A stretch of 58,154 nucleotides of DNA, the filler included, from Sphacelaria rigidula (lineage: Eukaryota): NCBI GenBank assembly GCA_964200075.2. It is 8 parts of 8 records of this genome, joined end to end, with 100 filler letters (N's around TTAATTAATTAA, not from the genome) between each part and the next. Parts side by side here need not be neighbours in the genome. Positions count along the whole stretch, not along the records: positions 1 to 7,182 come from CAXNAA020016095.1; positions 7,283 to 14,464 come from CAXNAA020016096.1; 6 more parts are not named here. One strand, given 5' to 3'. Under the pieces are notes generated by a model, which saw only the letters and a program-made list of their open reading frames with translations, was not told where the DNA came from and ran no database searches. A program made the translations under genes and the position numbers. Positions 1 through 11,914 of the stretch are shown one piece after another. The first letter of the stretch is position 1. Each line of letters starts with the position of its first letter.

Positions 1-63
1 GGTAGGCCTGCGAAGGTGGGAGGGGCGGGTGGGGGGAGGGGGGCGCGTAGAGTGGGAAGGCAC

Positions 64-135
64 GTACTCATTTGTTGCTTGCCTTAGTCATTTGACCATT
101 GACCATTGACCACGCATCCCTTCCGAGACGGAGCA
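64..135 (-). repeat. Dispersed short repeat family A (~67 bp), copy 1
   Basis: Reverse complement matches TGCTCCGTCTCG(G/A)AAGGGATGCGTGGTCAA(C/T)GGTCAAACGACCAA(G/A)GCAAGCAACAAATGAGTAC. Flanked by G-runs. Confidence 0.85.
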
Positions 136-647
136 AGGGGTTGGCGGGGGGGGGGAACGGTTATTAGAAGAACCCGTTTGTCCGGCCGAACGCGAAAGTG
201 GGCGCACGGGGGATCGGAAAAGTGTGCTAGAATCCTCTCGGAGAGTACAGGCAAGTCTTTCCGCGGTGGCATAATTCGCTAGGCCACGAATCCCGCAGTG
301 TTGTTAGTTATATGATATGGAGGCATTCGCAAGGAAGACATGTACCCTCCAGTAGTTTGGGTCATGTTACGCAGATTCATACATCTTCCGCTCAGAGAGG
401 AGATCGTCGTGGGAAGAGAGGTGGGCACTGGCAGCCTCAACAGCTGGCGTTCACGAGCGATGCCCCACGGTGGAAAAGGTCGCATCACGCACCAGATCCG
501 TCACCGCACATATTGCAAGTGATTTCTGCTGAACAGATGTATATTTACCCTAGAACGGGGCGAAGTTGGTGCAGGGTTATCCGGATGGGGGTCCCTCCCG
601 GTGCGCATCCCTCTCAAACTACACATACACAGTTGAAGGAAACGAAT

Positions 648-1025
648 ATTCAAGTCTACTGCTTGCTGTCTGTGTTCGCTGCTGCGTACCAACCGCACCA
701 GTGACGCCTTGGGCAGTACTACCTGCTCACTGCACAGCGGCAGAGTGCAGGGTGACATGGCACACCGCAGAGTGTAACATCCTTAGCCTATCCCTGTGCT
801 GCATTGATTACCCGCTGTCTTACGCAGTTCGCCACAACATGAACGCGGACGCTTTTGCTGCGGGCAACGTGTACGTTGGATATCACGATTTCCCCCCCTC
901 GCGACGCGCTATATCGCTACGCCACACTTTGTACAGCTGCCCGTGTTGCAGCTAAGCGTGCGTTTGCCCCAGGTGGTGGCGCACGCAGGAGTGAAAGGCT
1001 GCCTCCGCCGCTGTAGTGGCTGCTC
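648..1025 (+). repeat. Dispersed repeat family H (~380 bp), copy 1
   Basis: Aligns along its length with the reverse complement of 42885-43250, e.g. ACATCCTTAGCCTATCCCTG and GGCGCACGCAGGA. Confidence 0.85.
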
Positions 1026-1559
1026 GTATCTCGGGCAGAGTTGTATGATAACACAGCCGCTATGGCGCGAAATCCACGTGTGACATTTCACGTTGTGGAG
1101 ATTTTTACCCGCTGGTGTCTATCCAGCGTGCAGTTGCCGACTGCAAGTACGAGTATCACACAAATTACAGCAGATGATAGATTCCATACTGTGCGCGGTA
1201 CACTTTTAACATTATGTACGTTCTGACCGTAGAATTATATGCCCAGGGCGTACGTAGTACATTCCACATATATTTTGGCGCGTTGAGATCGTGAAAAAAA
1301 TCGCAACATAACGGCAAAGTGCACGTGACGCAATCGCCAAAATATTTACGTGCAAAGTCTGCCCCAGGGCACTCTAAGTTGACATCGCTAGAAAAACACT
1401 ACTATAACCACCTTGCCGGCTGCCAGACTATCGGCACTTGAGATACGCTAGCATTGCTACTTTCCGGGTATTCTGCTCCGTCGTGGGGTACGGTAGAAAG
1501 GTTCCGTCGCGGAACGCGGTCGTCGCGCGAGAGAAGTTTTTTTCACTGGGCCCAACCTG

Positions 1560-1760
1560 CGGATGCACGAGCGACTGTGAGACCTTGCTCTTGTACCAAT
1601 CAACACATCCTGCAAGTTTCGGCGTCATCACAAGCGAGGTGTAGATTTTCTTCACGCCCAACCTTCGAAAACACCGCCTCCATAGCATTGAAAAAGAATA
1701 ACACTGCCCGTCGAAAATCGGCCCTTGATCGCCAAAATAGGCGTTTATTGCAGGGCTTTT
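1560..1760 (-). pseudogene. Degenerate retroviral-type integrase core fragment
   Basis: GDQGPIF...LWRRCFRRLGVKKIYTSLVMTPKLAGCVDWYKSKVSQSL resembles the SDQGxxFxSxxWxxxxxxLGIxxxxTxxYHPQxNGxVER region. The catalytic E is lost. Confidence 0.45.
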
Positions 1761-2732
1761 TTGTGACAGGGCTAGGACGGCATTTTGCGCGCGCGAGGGG
1801 TGGGGTGGGGGTAGCTTTTGGTGGAGAAACAGCACCTGCATGAAAAAAAGCCGGTGACACTATACGAATATAGTATGACACGCGTCACAGTACTTCGTGG
1901 ACAAGCTACGACTAGCAACGCTTCGCTCGGAATAGCGATACTTCCCTATATTCAGCACACAAAACTGTTGAACATCTCAATGGCGGAAAATCTCCCCTCA
2001 TCCTCGACAGCCAACTGACGAGCATAAATTGACAAGCACGAACAACGTGCACGACACGGTAGCGGTGAGTTTGTCGCTCTTGAGAGCTCCTGCTGTGGGT
2101 GGCACAGGTGTGGCGAGGGTGTTCATTGCCCCAAGACTACTGGTGAGACAGACCGTACTAACCGCTGAATCAAAGATACGCAAAAAGCAACAAAGATGCT
2201 ACCCGCGTCGCTCAACAAGTGCCAAAATGCTACGGCACGCTTTCTCGCCAAAACGTCTTACACATGTATATATTTGCCATGACTTCTACCAAGCTCCCTT
2301 GCCCTCCAGACGTCCATCCTTTGTACGCTTACATAAACCATCCTCCAAGCACTCGCGGGGCTGTCAGCGTTTAAAGAGTCGCTGCAGAATTCCACTGCGT
2401 TCAAAGTGTCAAGATATGATCGTTGTCAATAATGCTAGCTGTACTTCCCGTACCTTGCTCTGCTCTACTGTACTGTACTGGATAAATACCCTACCTGTGC
2501 CGTCGTTGTGGAAAGGGTGCCCCTTTTCCATTTCGATACGCTCACCGTATCTTTCCTTCCTCTATTTTTTTTTGTGATGGATGCCGACGAAGCGCCAGGT
2601 GGAGGCAGAGGGCTAAGAATCTTGAAGTTTTGCAACACCGAAGAGACAAAATACGTTTTTTTCACCAGCCAACATCAACCAGGAACACCAAACAACGCCC
2701 CGTACCACAGGCGCATCGCGAGAAAATATTTC

Positions 2733-2934
2733 ATGATGGCGTCGAGATTCATAGAGAACGACATGCGAGACTTCGTCATCAAGCCCGCAACGAGGAACAA
2801 AGGGAAGGCGAAAAAAGCGTTAGCCGTCGAGGACGCGATCATACACTCGGCATTACGATTGTCCCTCCAGCGCATCGTGAGGGAAGCGCCACCCGTCGAC
2901 GCGGCAAAGTCTCGAGATTTCTCCGTCTATACAG
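2733..2934 (+). CDS. LanC-like protein (LANCL/GCR2 family), first coding exon
   Basis: MMASRFIENDMRDFV...LQRIVREAPPVDAAKSRDFSVYT-G matches the LanC-like N-terminus (RFFxNxMxxF ... RDxxxYTG). Ends at donor ACAG|GTCAGT, with high GC3. I did not identify the downstream exons in this contig. Confidence 0.7.
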
Positions 2935-2976
2935 GTCAGTTTTTGGTATATCCAGGGAGGGATATGGAGGGGGAGG

Positions 2977-3043
2977 GTCCTCATTTGTTCCTTGCTTTGG
3001 TCGTTTGACCGTTGACCACGCATCCCTTCCGAGACGGAGCACC
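2977..3043 (-). repeat. Repeat family A, copy 2 (in the putative LanC-like intron)
   Basis: CATTTGTTCCTTGCTTTGGTCGTTTGACCGTTGACCACGCATCCCTTCCGAGACGGAGCACC, preceded by a G-rich tract. Confidence 0.85.
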
Positions 3044-3692
3044 TGAGGAACAGCACCAGGGCTTCCCGCGTGGTCCCCCACCTTGGAACTAGCCTGGCCG
3101 GACGCCGCTTTATTTCACAGAGCGGACATCACAGCATCACAGACGGAGCGCCGTTCCTACTTCAAACAGAGACGTCTCCAACATTTGGGCGCTCATTACA
3201 ACTTAAACATACATGACGGACGGATGGGAAGGGCGGGCAGAAAAAAGGCGACCCTAAAGGAGAGAAAAGGTACAAACCAGGTTCTCGCTCAAAGTCCACC
3301 ACCGTGCCTTGACCAACCCCTCTCCCCATGTGACTATGATTTAATTCAAACTCTGGTTCGTTGCACTGTAACTCTCGTATCTAACCCTCATATTTTCGAG
3401 GGCGGGGAAAAAGTATGCAACAGAAGTATAATCATTTTTGGTGGTAGGGAGTAAAGTGACAGCGATCCTCCGTCTGTCTTTGGTGCAGCTACAGAAAGGG
3501 CCTGCTTGCACTACGAGACCCACTGCTTCCGACCCAGGCTCACATCAGCCGTTGACGTTTCGGTCGCCAGGGTGGGTCATCTGTTAAATTTGCATTATTG
3601 TCACGTAGGAAATGACCGGAAGATCAGATTACTTATCCTGGCAGCCGAAAGGTTTGGGCCTTCTAGCGCCCGTGACCATCTCGTAGATTTGA

Positions 3693-3813
3693 CAGTGTGT
3701 GTGTTGTGTTGTGTGTTGTCGTCCCATCTATTCTGGACGCCCGTCTACACCTTTCGGTACATGTGGGTGCACCAGCCGGGGTCACTGGAGGAAGTTCAAC
3801 ACAGGAGTTTTTT
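3693..3813 (+). repeat. Dispersed repeat family C, (TG)n-associated ~110-bp SINE-like element, copy 1
   Basis: (TG)n-TTGTCGTCCCATCTATTCTGG...CACCTTTCGGTACATGTGGG...CCAGCCGGGGTCAC...ACAGGAG-Tn. Also at 10483-10600, 42766-42876 and 43494-43592. Confidence 0.85.
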
Positions 3814-3837
3814 CTTTTTGTTTGTTTCTGACAGTCC

Positions 3838-3953
3838 CGCCGATTATTGGAAGATGCCCATATTGTTTGTAGTGCAGATCTGGCAGTTTCGCCGATTATT
3901 GGAAGATGACCATATTGTATGTAGTGCAGATCTGACCGTTTCGCTGATTTATT
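3838..3953 (+). repeat. Tandem duplication, 52-bp unit x ~2.2
   Basis: CGCCGATTATTGGAAGATG(C/A)CCATATTGT(T/A)TGTAGTGCAGATCTG repeated. Confidence 0.9.
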
Positions 3954-6341
3954 GAGCATGGCCTTTGAGTAGGTAGGCGTTGATGGCCGATAGCTGTTCG
4001 ATGTGGGCGCTGGCCAGTTTTTTTTTCTCCCGGGATAGTTTTGACCAAGAGTGTTGTAGTTGAGTATAGTTGAGGGGGCGGGTTGATGTGTGTCTTGAAC
4101 CGTGTCTGCCGAATTGTCAGCAGCAAGCAGCCCCTGATGAAAGGGGAGGTATGCGGGAGAGGACAAGCTCACTGCTGTGGTTGCTTGTGTGTGTTTGTGT
4201 GTGTCGACACATTTTCATCCGGTTCAAGTGGCGGTTGGGGGTCAGGAGAGCTTCCCGCAAATCCTCCGGGCCCCAAAAGATGAAGATCACCCACCTAACG
4301 ACTCCCGCACGCGCTGCCTGCGGCATGTCTGTCCCATACCAAATGCGCTATGCCCTTGTGCTGTTCAGCGATGAAAACAAATGTGAAAGTTGACGGCATT
4401 CATCCCTCACGGTTAGGTTAGCGCGAACGGGTCTACTGCCATACTGCCCTGTACAGACGGTCATGCTTGGTATTCTCAGGCACAGTCATGCCACTCGCTC
4501 CGGCTGATTGTGCACGACAACATCTGTACTCTGGCGCGCGGCATGTGCGGGGCAACGTTTTTTTTGTCTCTAATTGTAGGGGTTGACTCTCTGCACCAAA
4601 AGCAGCTTTTTTTCTTGATAACCTCCGGCCAAAAAGAAGAACAGAGGATGGTGGGACGTCGAGCATCACGTAATGAAAAGGATTTCACCCCCTTTTCACC
4701 GCGCCAGGGTGGGCCATCTGTTGAGTCGGCATCATCTGCTCTGTAAGAAGTATCCGTTGGAATCAGGTTGCCCTCGTTCAGAACAATATATCTAGCCGAC
4801 AGTCCTGCGGAGTAACTTCTTCTTGCGTGGGGATGTTCGGATGGTATAGGAGTCATTCTAAATTCAAGATGAACGATATATGGGCCTTGTTTTTGTTGTC
4901 AAGACAAAAAAATAGGCGCAAATGGACCCGTCGCGCTTATTTGCCGAAATGGATAGGAACAGTTTGGCTTACGTCCGTGTCGAATTCGCTCTCGGAAGCC
5001 CTGTGCGAGTTTTTTCTTTCACGGTGTACCTGTGTTGTGGGCTTGTGTAGGGGCGTGGCGCGTACGTATCTTTCGGTTGAGTGTAGCCAACGGCAAACGC
5101 GGGGTACGTACAACAGCACGAACAAATCAAAGGTATGATGTGTTTGTGGCGTGGTTCGGAGCTGGATTTACACCCTGTGTTCACTTTGACCCGAAAACTT
5201 CAGTCCGAGTTTCTTGTTAACGTTTTTTTTTTCCCCTAGAGAACCGGCTCTGAAGCACAGAGATAACTCTGTGCTGTGGCCGCAAACTCTGCATTGCAGG
5301 CATTGTACGTTAACCTTTTCAGCAACCGCGGCCTTCTGTTCCGAGAATCCAGCGTCTGACCGTCCCATCAGTAGTTCGAGGATGGAAATAGCGCAGGCGT
5401 AGAGAGGTTAGTATAGGGCCGCTCTGAACCCCCTGACCGCGAGGGTAGGTCACCTGCTGAATCGTCATCGATATCCCGCATGTGTTCTCCCCTCTGTTCG
5501 CATTATATGTCAATTTGTAGAGAGGAAGCAACACAGCATATGTCCTCGGTAAAAAACGTGGAACATGACAAGTCGGGCCAACTTCAACGTTTCCTTGTGC
5601 CGTGAACAAACGCCGTCGATCACTGTACTGTACCCGAAAAGCGCCCGAAAAATAATCTCTGGTATGTTTTGTACCCTTTTTGAGGACAATATTATTCATG
5701 TTACAGGTGCAGAGACTAAAGGCGAAGCTATCGTCGATAATCTATCGAACGTGGACCGCATGACTTCTCCCCTCGAACGTAGAGTCCTAGAGAGAGAGAG
5801 AGAGAGAGACGCTCGTTGGGGATCAGACAGCGAGCAAGCTGTTGGTCGTGGGAAATGATTCGCGTGGATATAGACTAGTGGACCGGATGAAGGTCGAGAA
5901 CGTGCTCTGTGCGTGTGCCCTCGGTGCAAACGAAATGATGGCGTGTGTGTGTGTGCGTGCCTGTGCGTGCTTTGATGCTGTATCATTGCTGTTGGGGACG
6001 CAAAAAAATCGAGCAGGCACCACTGGCTACTCACTGCTGTTCTTGATACTTCACGCGCGAGGGCTTGGCTGTGGGATCGCCGGGCGAACGGGACAGGTAC
6101 TAATATTTTCATCAGATATTTTTTCGAGATACTTCCAGGGTCAGAAGAATCATCGCTGGCTCGAATCACCCAATCTACCGTTTTTGAAGCCTGGTTATAC
6201 GGGGAAAAAAAAAGGCGTTTGAATAAAAGAAGAACATGAAAAAAAAACACCACGGAGGGGCACAAAAAAATAATATGTGCACGTTTTGCGCTATCGCTTC
6301 GCGTGCCTGGGGTGCAACGCTGAAAAAACATCCCAAGGATT

Positions 6342-6408
6342 GATTCTCCGTCTCGAAAGGGATGCGTGGTCAATGGTCAAACGACCAAAGCAAGCAACAA
6401 TGAGTACG
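6342..6408 (+). mobile_element. Repeat family A, copy 3, with 10-bp target-site duplication
   Basis: Flanked by CCCAAGGATT at 6332-6341 and 6409-6418. Confidence 0.8.
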
Positions 6409-6486
6409 CCCAAGGATTTATTGATTTCATACGGTACGAATCAATTGCGCTCGACACAAACAAGCAATTTTCCACGGGAACCGCAT

Positions 6487-6769
6487 GTAAGGTATCGTAC
6501 CGAGCGTACCCCCCGGTATTCACCGGGGTATCCCACACCGTCGTATGCGCGGGTATCGTAGGTGTGAGTTTTGAAAATACCTGATTGAGCGGGCACGGTA
6601 GGTATTGAAATCTCGAAATACCGTGGTATCGTAGGTATCGTAGGTAAGACATTTGAAAATACCCGATTGGGCAGGTACGGTAGGTCTGAACATCTGGAAA
6701 TACCGTGGTATCGCAGGTATCGGTAGGGTATGAGATGTCCCAAATACCGGTACCGGGTACCTGCCTTAC
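6487..6769. mobile_element. MITE-like element rich in GGTATC/TACCG motifs
   Basis: Imperfect TIRs GTAAGGTATCGTACC / GGTACCTGCCTTAC and an internal ~80-bp tandem duplication. No TSD seen. Confidence 0.6.
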
Positions 6770-7120
6770 CCTCTATACTGATTTTACAATCGTCACCCGG
6801 CAGTGCGGAGGAGCGTTTCAGGGCGTGTCTTCCGCACTTTTTTTTCGATCGAAAAAAATCGGTCGGTGGAATTGATTTGAGCGAAAACCGGTCATTTTTC
6901 TCGAGTTGAGTCCAAGCGAATTTTCAAGCTTTCGATCGAAAAAAGAGAGAGGAATTCGTTAAGTGGTACATAGTCACTGTTGTACAGTACAGGCAGTCTG
7001 TACTGTCTGCTTGCAAGCAGTGTGTCTTGAGTCTGTGTGTGCGTGTTTCGCACAGTAGGATTTCGAATAGAACCGGGCAACGTGCAGTGCAGAAAAGCCC
7101 AGGACTATCAGTTCTCTCCG

Positions 7121-7182
7121 CGACACTTTCTACGATAGCCCCCCCCCAAAACCAGCTGAAAGTGTCACGAAAAAAATGGCCA
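7121..7182 (+). mobile_element. Truncated copy of the MITE at 11151-11406
   Basis: GACACTTTCTACGATAGCCCCCC...AAAACCAGC..AAAGTGTCACG.AAAAA matches 11151-11215. Cut by the contig end. Confidence 0.7.
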
Positions 7183-7282
7183 NNNNNNNNNNNNNNNNNN
7201 NNNNNNNNNNNNNNNNNNNNNNNNNNTTAATTAATTAANNNNNNNNNNNNNNNNNNNNNNNNNNNNNNNNNNNNNNNNNNNN
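7183..7282. other. Artificial contig linker
   Basis: N44-TTAATTAATTAA-N44, which has stops in all six frames. It recurs identically seven times and separates contigs of 7182/7181 bp. Confidence 0.98.
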
Positions 7283-7624
7283 GTTATATCTTTTCCTTCT
7301 TTATGGCAGATCTAGGTCCCCCACCCGAAATCGCAATTTCATATTTTTCGCAGCGTGGGGGGGGGGCAAAATTCCTCACTGTTGGTGACGAACGAAACAG
7401 CTTTGAAACGCACTCTATTTGGCTTCATACAAGCGAACTTGCTTTTTTTTTCTCACACTATGGTTTCAATTTCGTTTTGCTTTGTCCTGGGTACGTCTAT
7501 GATGTGACCACGACTGGATGCTCGGGGGGTCCGTTATAGTGCGACACTCAATCAGTCAAATCAAATCTATCAAACTATCGCCCACTATTTCCTCATTGAA
7601 GGCACCAAAAACAGAGAAACTTAC

Positions 7625-7741
7625 ACTCCCGCGCCTGCGCCCTTGAGGGTTTCCCAAGCTCCCAGGCCGGCAGCGTCCAAGGCGAAAATTCCCTCGGGTG
7701 AGCATATCGGTTGCCTGCCGGACCTTGATAGCAGTGAGTCC
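7625..7741 (-). CDS. TPS/TPP exon e (putative)
   Basis: CAG|GLTAIKVRQATDMLTRGNFRLGRCRPGSLGNPQGRRRGS|GTAAGT. 117 bp, phase 0-0. The gene presumably continues beyond the contig edge. Confidence 0.55.
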
Positions 7742-8047
7742 CTGCTCAAGGATCGTCGAGGACGATTTCGCTGCCGAAGAGATCATAGGCGCACGCAGGG
7801 ATGCATTTTCATATGTTGATGGATACGTGAGGGGGGGAGGGGATGGGGGGGGGGTGAAACATCGTGAAATATGTGTACGTACCTCTGTATGCCTTGCTTG
7901 CCACAGAGGTAGGGGACGAAAAAACTGCTATCGAGAAAAGAAAAGGAAAGGAACATGAAACGTAAAAGCTAAATTTGAAAGAAAACGAAGTATCTGAAAC
8001 AATGAGGAATTGAAAACCGAAACTGAAACCGAGAAATAGAAAGATAG

Positions 8048-8091
<44 letters not shown>

Positions 8092-8334
8092 TGTACTGTC
8101 TGCACTGCACGCTGTCCACATCGTTTTTGGCACAGCCGCTGTAGCAAACTGACATCTGCATACTACTGTACGCGGCAGTACAGACCACTGTACTGCCTAG
8201 TACTAGCTGTGCTGCACGTTGTCCACATCTTTCGCATCGTCCACATATTTTACAACAGTCGCGCTGTACCACTGTGTGCAAACTGACATCTACATAGTAT
8301 ACTGTATCCTATGCGGCAGTCCTTGGCATCTGAT

Positions 8335-8403
8335 ACGACGACAGCGACAACGACAGCGACAGCAGCAGCAGCAGCAACAACAACAACAACAACAACAACA
8401 ACA
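8335..8403 (+). repeat. Compound trinucleotide microsatellite (CGA/CAG/CAA), intronic
   Basis: Direct reading. Other microsatellites are (AG)n at ~8056-8089 and (CA)n at 11856-11920. Confidence 0.9.
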
Positions 8404-8531
8404 GCCATTTCAAGACACACACATATTTATATACACACACACCCGTGACGAAAAACACATGAAAACGGATAAACGAAGTTGAAAAAATTACAGTAGTCGC
8501 CGCAGCAAGAGCAACTTTATAGCTAGCTCAC

Positions 8532-9182
8532 CGGTTTCCACCCCTCCTTTTGCCCTGAAGATTCCCCCGGGGTGTACGTCGCCGACCCGGACCGGCTATG
8601 CCTCAACCCGTCCCTGCCCTCGCGTTTGTTGACTCCTTCGCCGCCGCCACCACCACTACTTCCAACACTGATATCGCTGCCGCTTCCTTTACCGCCAACA
8701 CCAACACCGGAACCACTACCATGACTACCGCCATCCTCTCGACCGCTGGTAGTACCTCTTCCGCCACTCCACCCCTCCTGGGGAGGATCAAGCCTGAGGT
8801 TCGACACACCACTAGCTCTAGAAACCCCGCTTTTCATGCCGATGCGTTTACTATTCGCGGTGGTGGTTGCTTTTGCGCTCTTCGAGGAGTTGCTGTTGCT
8901 GTTGGTTGTGCGTGTCGCCGACGACGACGTGGGCGTAGCGTGCGTGGGGGTGGATGCCGACGAGGGCCTGGTGTTCATGTTGGGGGATGGCCCTGCCGGA
9001 TGTTGATGTTTTTTTGGGCGGCTGTTGTTGTTGTTATTGTTGGTGATGGTGGTAGCGTTGCTGTTGTTGCTGCCGGTGGTCGCCTGTTCTTGCTGTTGCG
9101 GCTGATCTGAGAGACGGCTTGTTGGCTGGCCGTTGTTGGTTGTGACGGGACTATCTGTACGGGACGCTTTCGCAGAGTTCGT
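8532..9182 (-). CDS. TPS/TPP exon d (S/T/N/G-rich low-complexity insertion)
   Basis: Pyrimidine tract and AAG acceptor, then 217 open codons (TNSAKAS...EGWKP), then donor CCG|GTGAGC. Phase 0-0. Confidence 0.7.
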
Positions 9183-9479
9183 CTTGAAGCCAGGCAGAGC
9201 ACGACGGACAGACAGACAAGACAAGAGAGAATTGACACCGGCAAACGAAGCGCAAATCGATGAGTACAAGGGAAAATGCATGGGCAACGAGCAACAGGAT
9301 ATAATGACGTCCCGTACGTTTCGTGAACTCACGACCCCCCTCCTCCCCGCCCCACCCCGCTCCTCCCCCGTTAAGGGATGGCGTCGGTCGGCGATGACGC
9401 TGCAAGGCACCCCACTCACTCCATACGCTAGGCAACCAGGTTACAAGGGAATTTCTCGCTCGCGTTTCACTTGCGGTAA

Positions 9480-9863
9480 GCATGATGGTGGTCGACCTTG
9501 GTCGTATTGTGCGAAAACCTCAACTCTGCGCAAAGGAGATGATCATACTACGTGGTGTTCAACTAGTGAGACTCATAGGGGAGTGTGGAACCCGCAGCTG
9601 TCTCTGGAAGTGGCGATACCAGAAAATGAAGCAACTCATTCTAGGTTGCCATCCATACGCATGCTAACCAGTACGCTTCGGGCCAAACAATCTTCGCAGG
9701 ATACAGCTCAACTATCACGCGACTCACCGAACACATCACGGCGCTTCGCGCTTGGTGATCGATTGGGAGCCTGGTCCGGAAAACACTCGGCGTGCTCTGT
9801 CCCTGCTTCGTACGGATGCGAGGTCGATGGTCATGTGATTACGGCATGCAAGATCATGAGTAC
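9480..9863 (+). repeat. Dispersed repeat family B (~380 bp), copy 1
   Basis: Homologous to 51623-51922 and 55039-55404 (GTCTCTGGA.G, GCAACTCATT, CGCTTCGCGCTTGGTGA, GCAAGATCATGAGTA). Followed by a C-rich tract. Confidence 0.85.
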
Positions 9864-10041
9864 ACCCTCCATCCCTCCTCTCCTCACCTCACCTCTCCTC
9901 CCTCTCCCCAACACATACGCACGCGCATTTTTCGCATCATTCCGCGCAGATACCCTCAACACATATACACCTGTACAAAACAAAATCACGGGTTCGCCGT
10001 GCGTGCCTAAGCGCGCCGGTGCGTGTTGTAAGCACACTCAC

Positions 10042-10122
10042 CGAACTGTGGTAACCGTCGACGTCGCCGATATCGACGCCCGCGATGATGCTCGAGAACG
10101 GACCGCCCATGCCTTCATCGTC
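10042..10122 (-). CDS. TPS/TPP exon c (putative insertion)
   Basis: CAG|DDEGMGGPFSSIIAGVDIGDVDGYHSS|GTGAGT. 81 bp, phase 0-0, strong GC3. Confidence 0.72.
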
Positions 10123-10257
10123 CTGAACGAGTGGTGGCAAATACAGCGGGTTTTTCACCACACTATGGTCAAAATACTTTGTCACAACAAAGGCCAACCC
10201 GCTATTTACCACTGTCAAGCTATCGCCGGGGTCAGAATGAAATTGCACACTAGCCGG

Positions 10258-10452
10258 TCGCCCCAGTGGCTCAGTTGGTAACCTCGAAACGTTGTGACGG
10301 TTGGGTCGTGGGGTCAATTCCTGGAACGATCTGGGATTTTTCTCACACAGTGCCCAACAGTGGGGAGCGAGTATATCGTGGGTACACGAAAGTCGACTAC
10401 ATGGTCGACGAGGGAGAGGGACCACTGAACCCCTCTCGCGATAAAAAAAAAG
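10258..10452 (+). mobile_element. tRNA-derived SINE-like element
   Basis: Pol III A box TGGCTCAGTTGG (10267-10278), degenerate B box GGGTCAATTCC (~10311-10321), an unrelated body and an A-rich tail. Confidence 0.65.
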
Positions 10453-10482
10453 GCAAGCATCGCAGAAGGAAGATGGAGAACT

Positions 10483-10600
10483 AAAAAAAAAAAACTTCTG
10501 TGCTGACCCTCCTCCCGTGTGACCCCGGCTGGTGCGTCCACATATACCGAAAGGTGTAGACCGCCGTCCAGAATAGATGAGATGACAACACACACACACA
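10483..10600 (-). repeat. Repeat family C, copy 2
   Basis: Reverse complement of the 3693-3813 element, ending in (CA)n. Confidence 0.85.
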
Positions 10601-11150
10601 GTGCTATCCGCTGTTGGCTGTGAAACGCGTTAGCGTTCGAGTCACATCCTTGTGAGGTAGGGGGCTGATGAAGTCACAGTGGAAAGTGTTCGTGCGAGTG
10701 GCTGACATACATATTTTGCGCAAAATGTCAAAGCGTTGCGTTCTGAAGGTTTTTACCTTCATCACACCCCCCCGACGTTTTTCTTCACAGATTCTGGGAA
10801 TTCCGGGCTACGGTGCTGGATAAACGTCGTACGCCTCCCCCTGCCCAATCTGGGCGGAACCAAAGCATCAACTTTCCACACCACATTCTCGGGGGGAAAT
10901 GTGTCGTCAGTCTTCAACTGCTCGATCTATACTGCCTAACCTGAGTAAGAAATCTGCTCCCACAGTTTTTCCGATTATGCGTTTTTCTTTCCCCAAAAAA
11001 TCGGAGATAATACCCCTTACAGACCTGTCTTTCGTTGTGTGATACACTGATCACTTATATGATTGATGAATTGATTAATGGTCGCACATTCACTGATTCA
11101 ATCCAGAATGAACTCAGCCGACTTCACAAGGGAAACAACATGTGCACAAC

Positions 11151-11406
11151 AGATGTTTTTTACGATAGCCCCCTCGCAAAACCAGCCCAAAAGTGTCACG
11201 GAAAAATTGGTCATACAGCCCCTGATGTTTGGGTTCCGGCTGCATGAAGCGCCTCATATGGGAGACATTGGCGAGAACGAACCCAAGCGTGGTAATTCCC
11301 AGCCGCTTGTAGTGCTCGACTCTTTCCGGTTCGATTTACGTGAAAATTTTGCCTCGTCCCCGAACCAGGCACCGTTCTGGTGGGGGGGCTATCGTAAAAA
11401 GTGTCC
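11151..11406. mobile_element. MITE in TPS intron
   Basis: TIR TTTTTACGATAGCCCCC / GGGGGCTATCGTAAAAA. A second copy is at 7121. Confidence 0.75.
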
Positions 11407-11699
11407 ATAACGATCAACACACAGATCACACTTCGCATACCTGACGAACCTCCACTATTTTAGTCGACTGTCGCACATTAACTGATTAATTACCGAAGGC
11501 CCCAGTCGTGGTCGGTACAAACGACAACACTCGCTGAACAAGAGTGATTCTTCTTTTCTTTTTTAAACAGACAAACCAGAGTAGTGGAATGGAAAACAAA
11601 ACAAAACAAACATATGAAGAACGAAAGTACCACCCCCCCTCCCCACACACACACGCGCGCGCGAAAACAATATGCTCTGTAGTACAGTACAAAACACAC

Positions 11700-11840
11700 C
11701 TCGAAGCTGTCGCTGTGAAGATGGAAAATGTCTTCCGCGGATGGAGGCTTACACTTCAGCAGAGCACGGAATCGTTTCACCACAATCTCCAGGAAGTTGG
11801 ACACTTGTACGTTCAGCGCCTGAGGGATGATCTCCAATAC
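11700..11840 (-). CDS. TPS/TPP exon b
   Basis: AAG|VLEIIPQALNVQVSNFLEIVVKRFRALLKCKPPSAEDIFHLHSDSFE|GT. Joins exon a to give GDK-VLEIIPQ (family GKKVVEVRPQ). 141 bp, phase 0-0. Confidence 0.82.
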
Positions 11841-11852
11841 CTTCGCAGCAGC

Positions 11853-11914
<62 letters not shown>

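Noticed and set aside
7227..7238. TTAATTAATTAA as a biological repeat or piggyBac site
   Set aside because: It is always centred in N-runs, so it is a synthetic spacer.
8598..9110. 170-aa plus-strand ORF
   Set aside because: It is the antisense shadow of the low-complexity TPS exon.
9133..10281. 382-aa plus-strand ORF
   Set aside because: It runs antisense through TPS exons and intron and across repeat family B, with no recognisable domain.
10615..10682. Hammerhead ribozyme (GAAAC...CTGATGA)
   Set aside because: Only stem III forms. Stems I and II do not pair next to the core. The other CTGANGA sites I checked also lack the fold.
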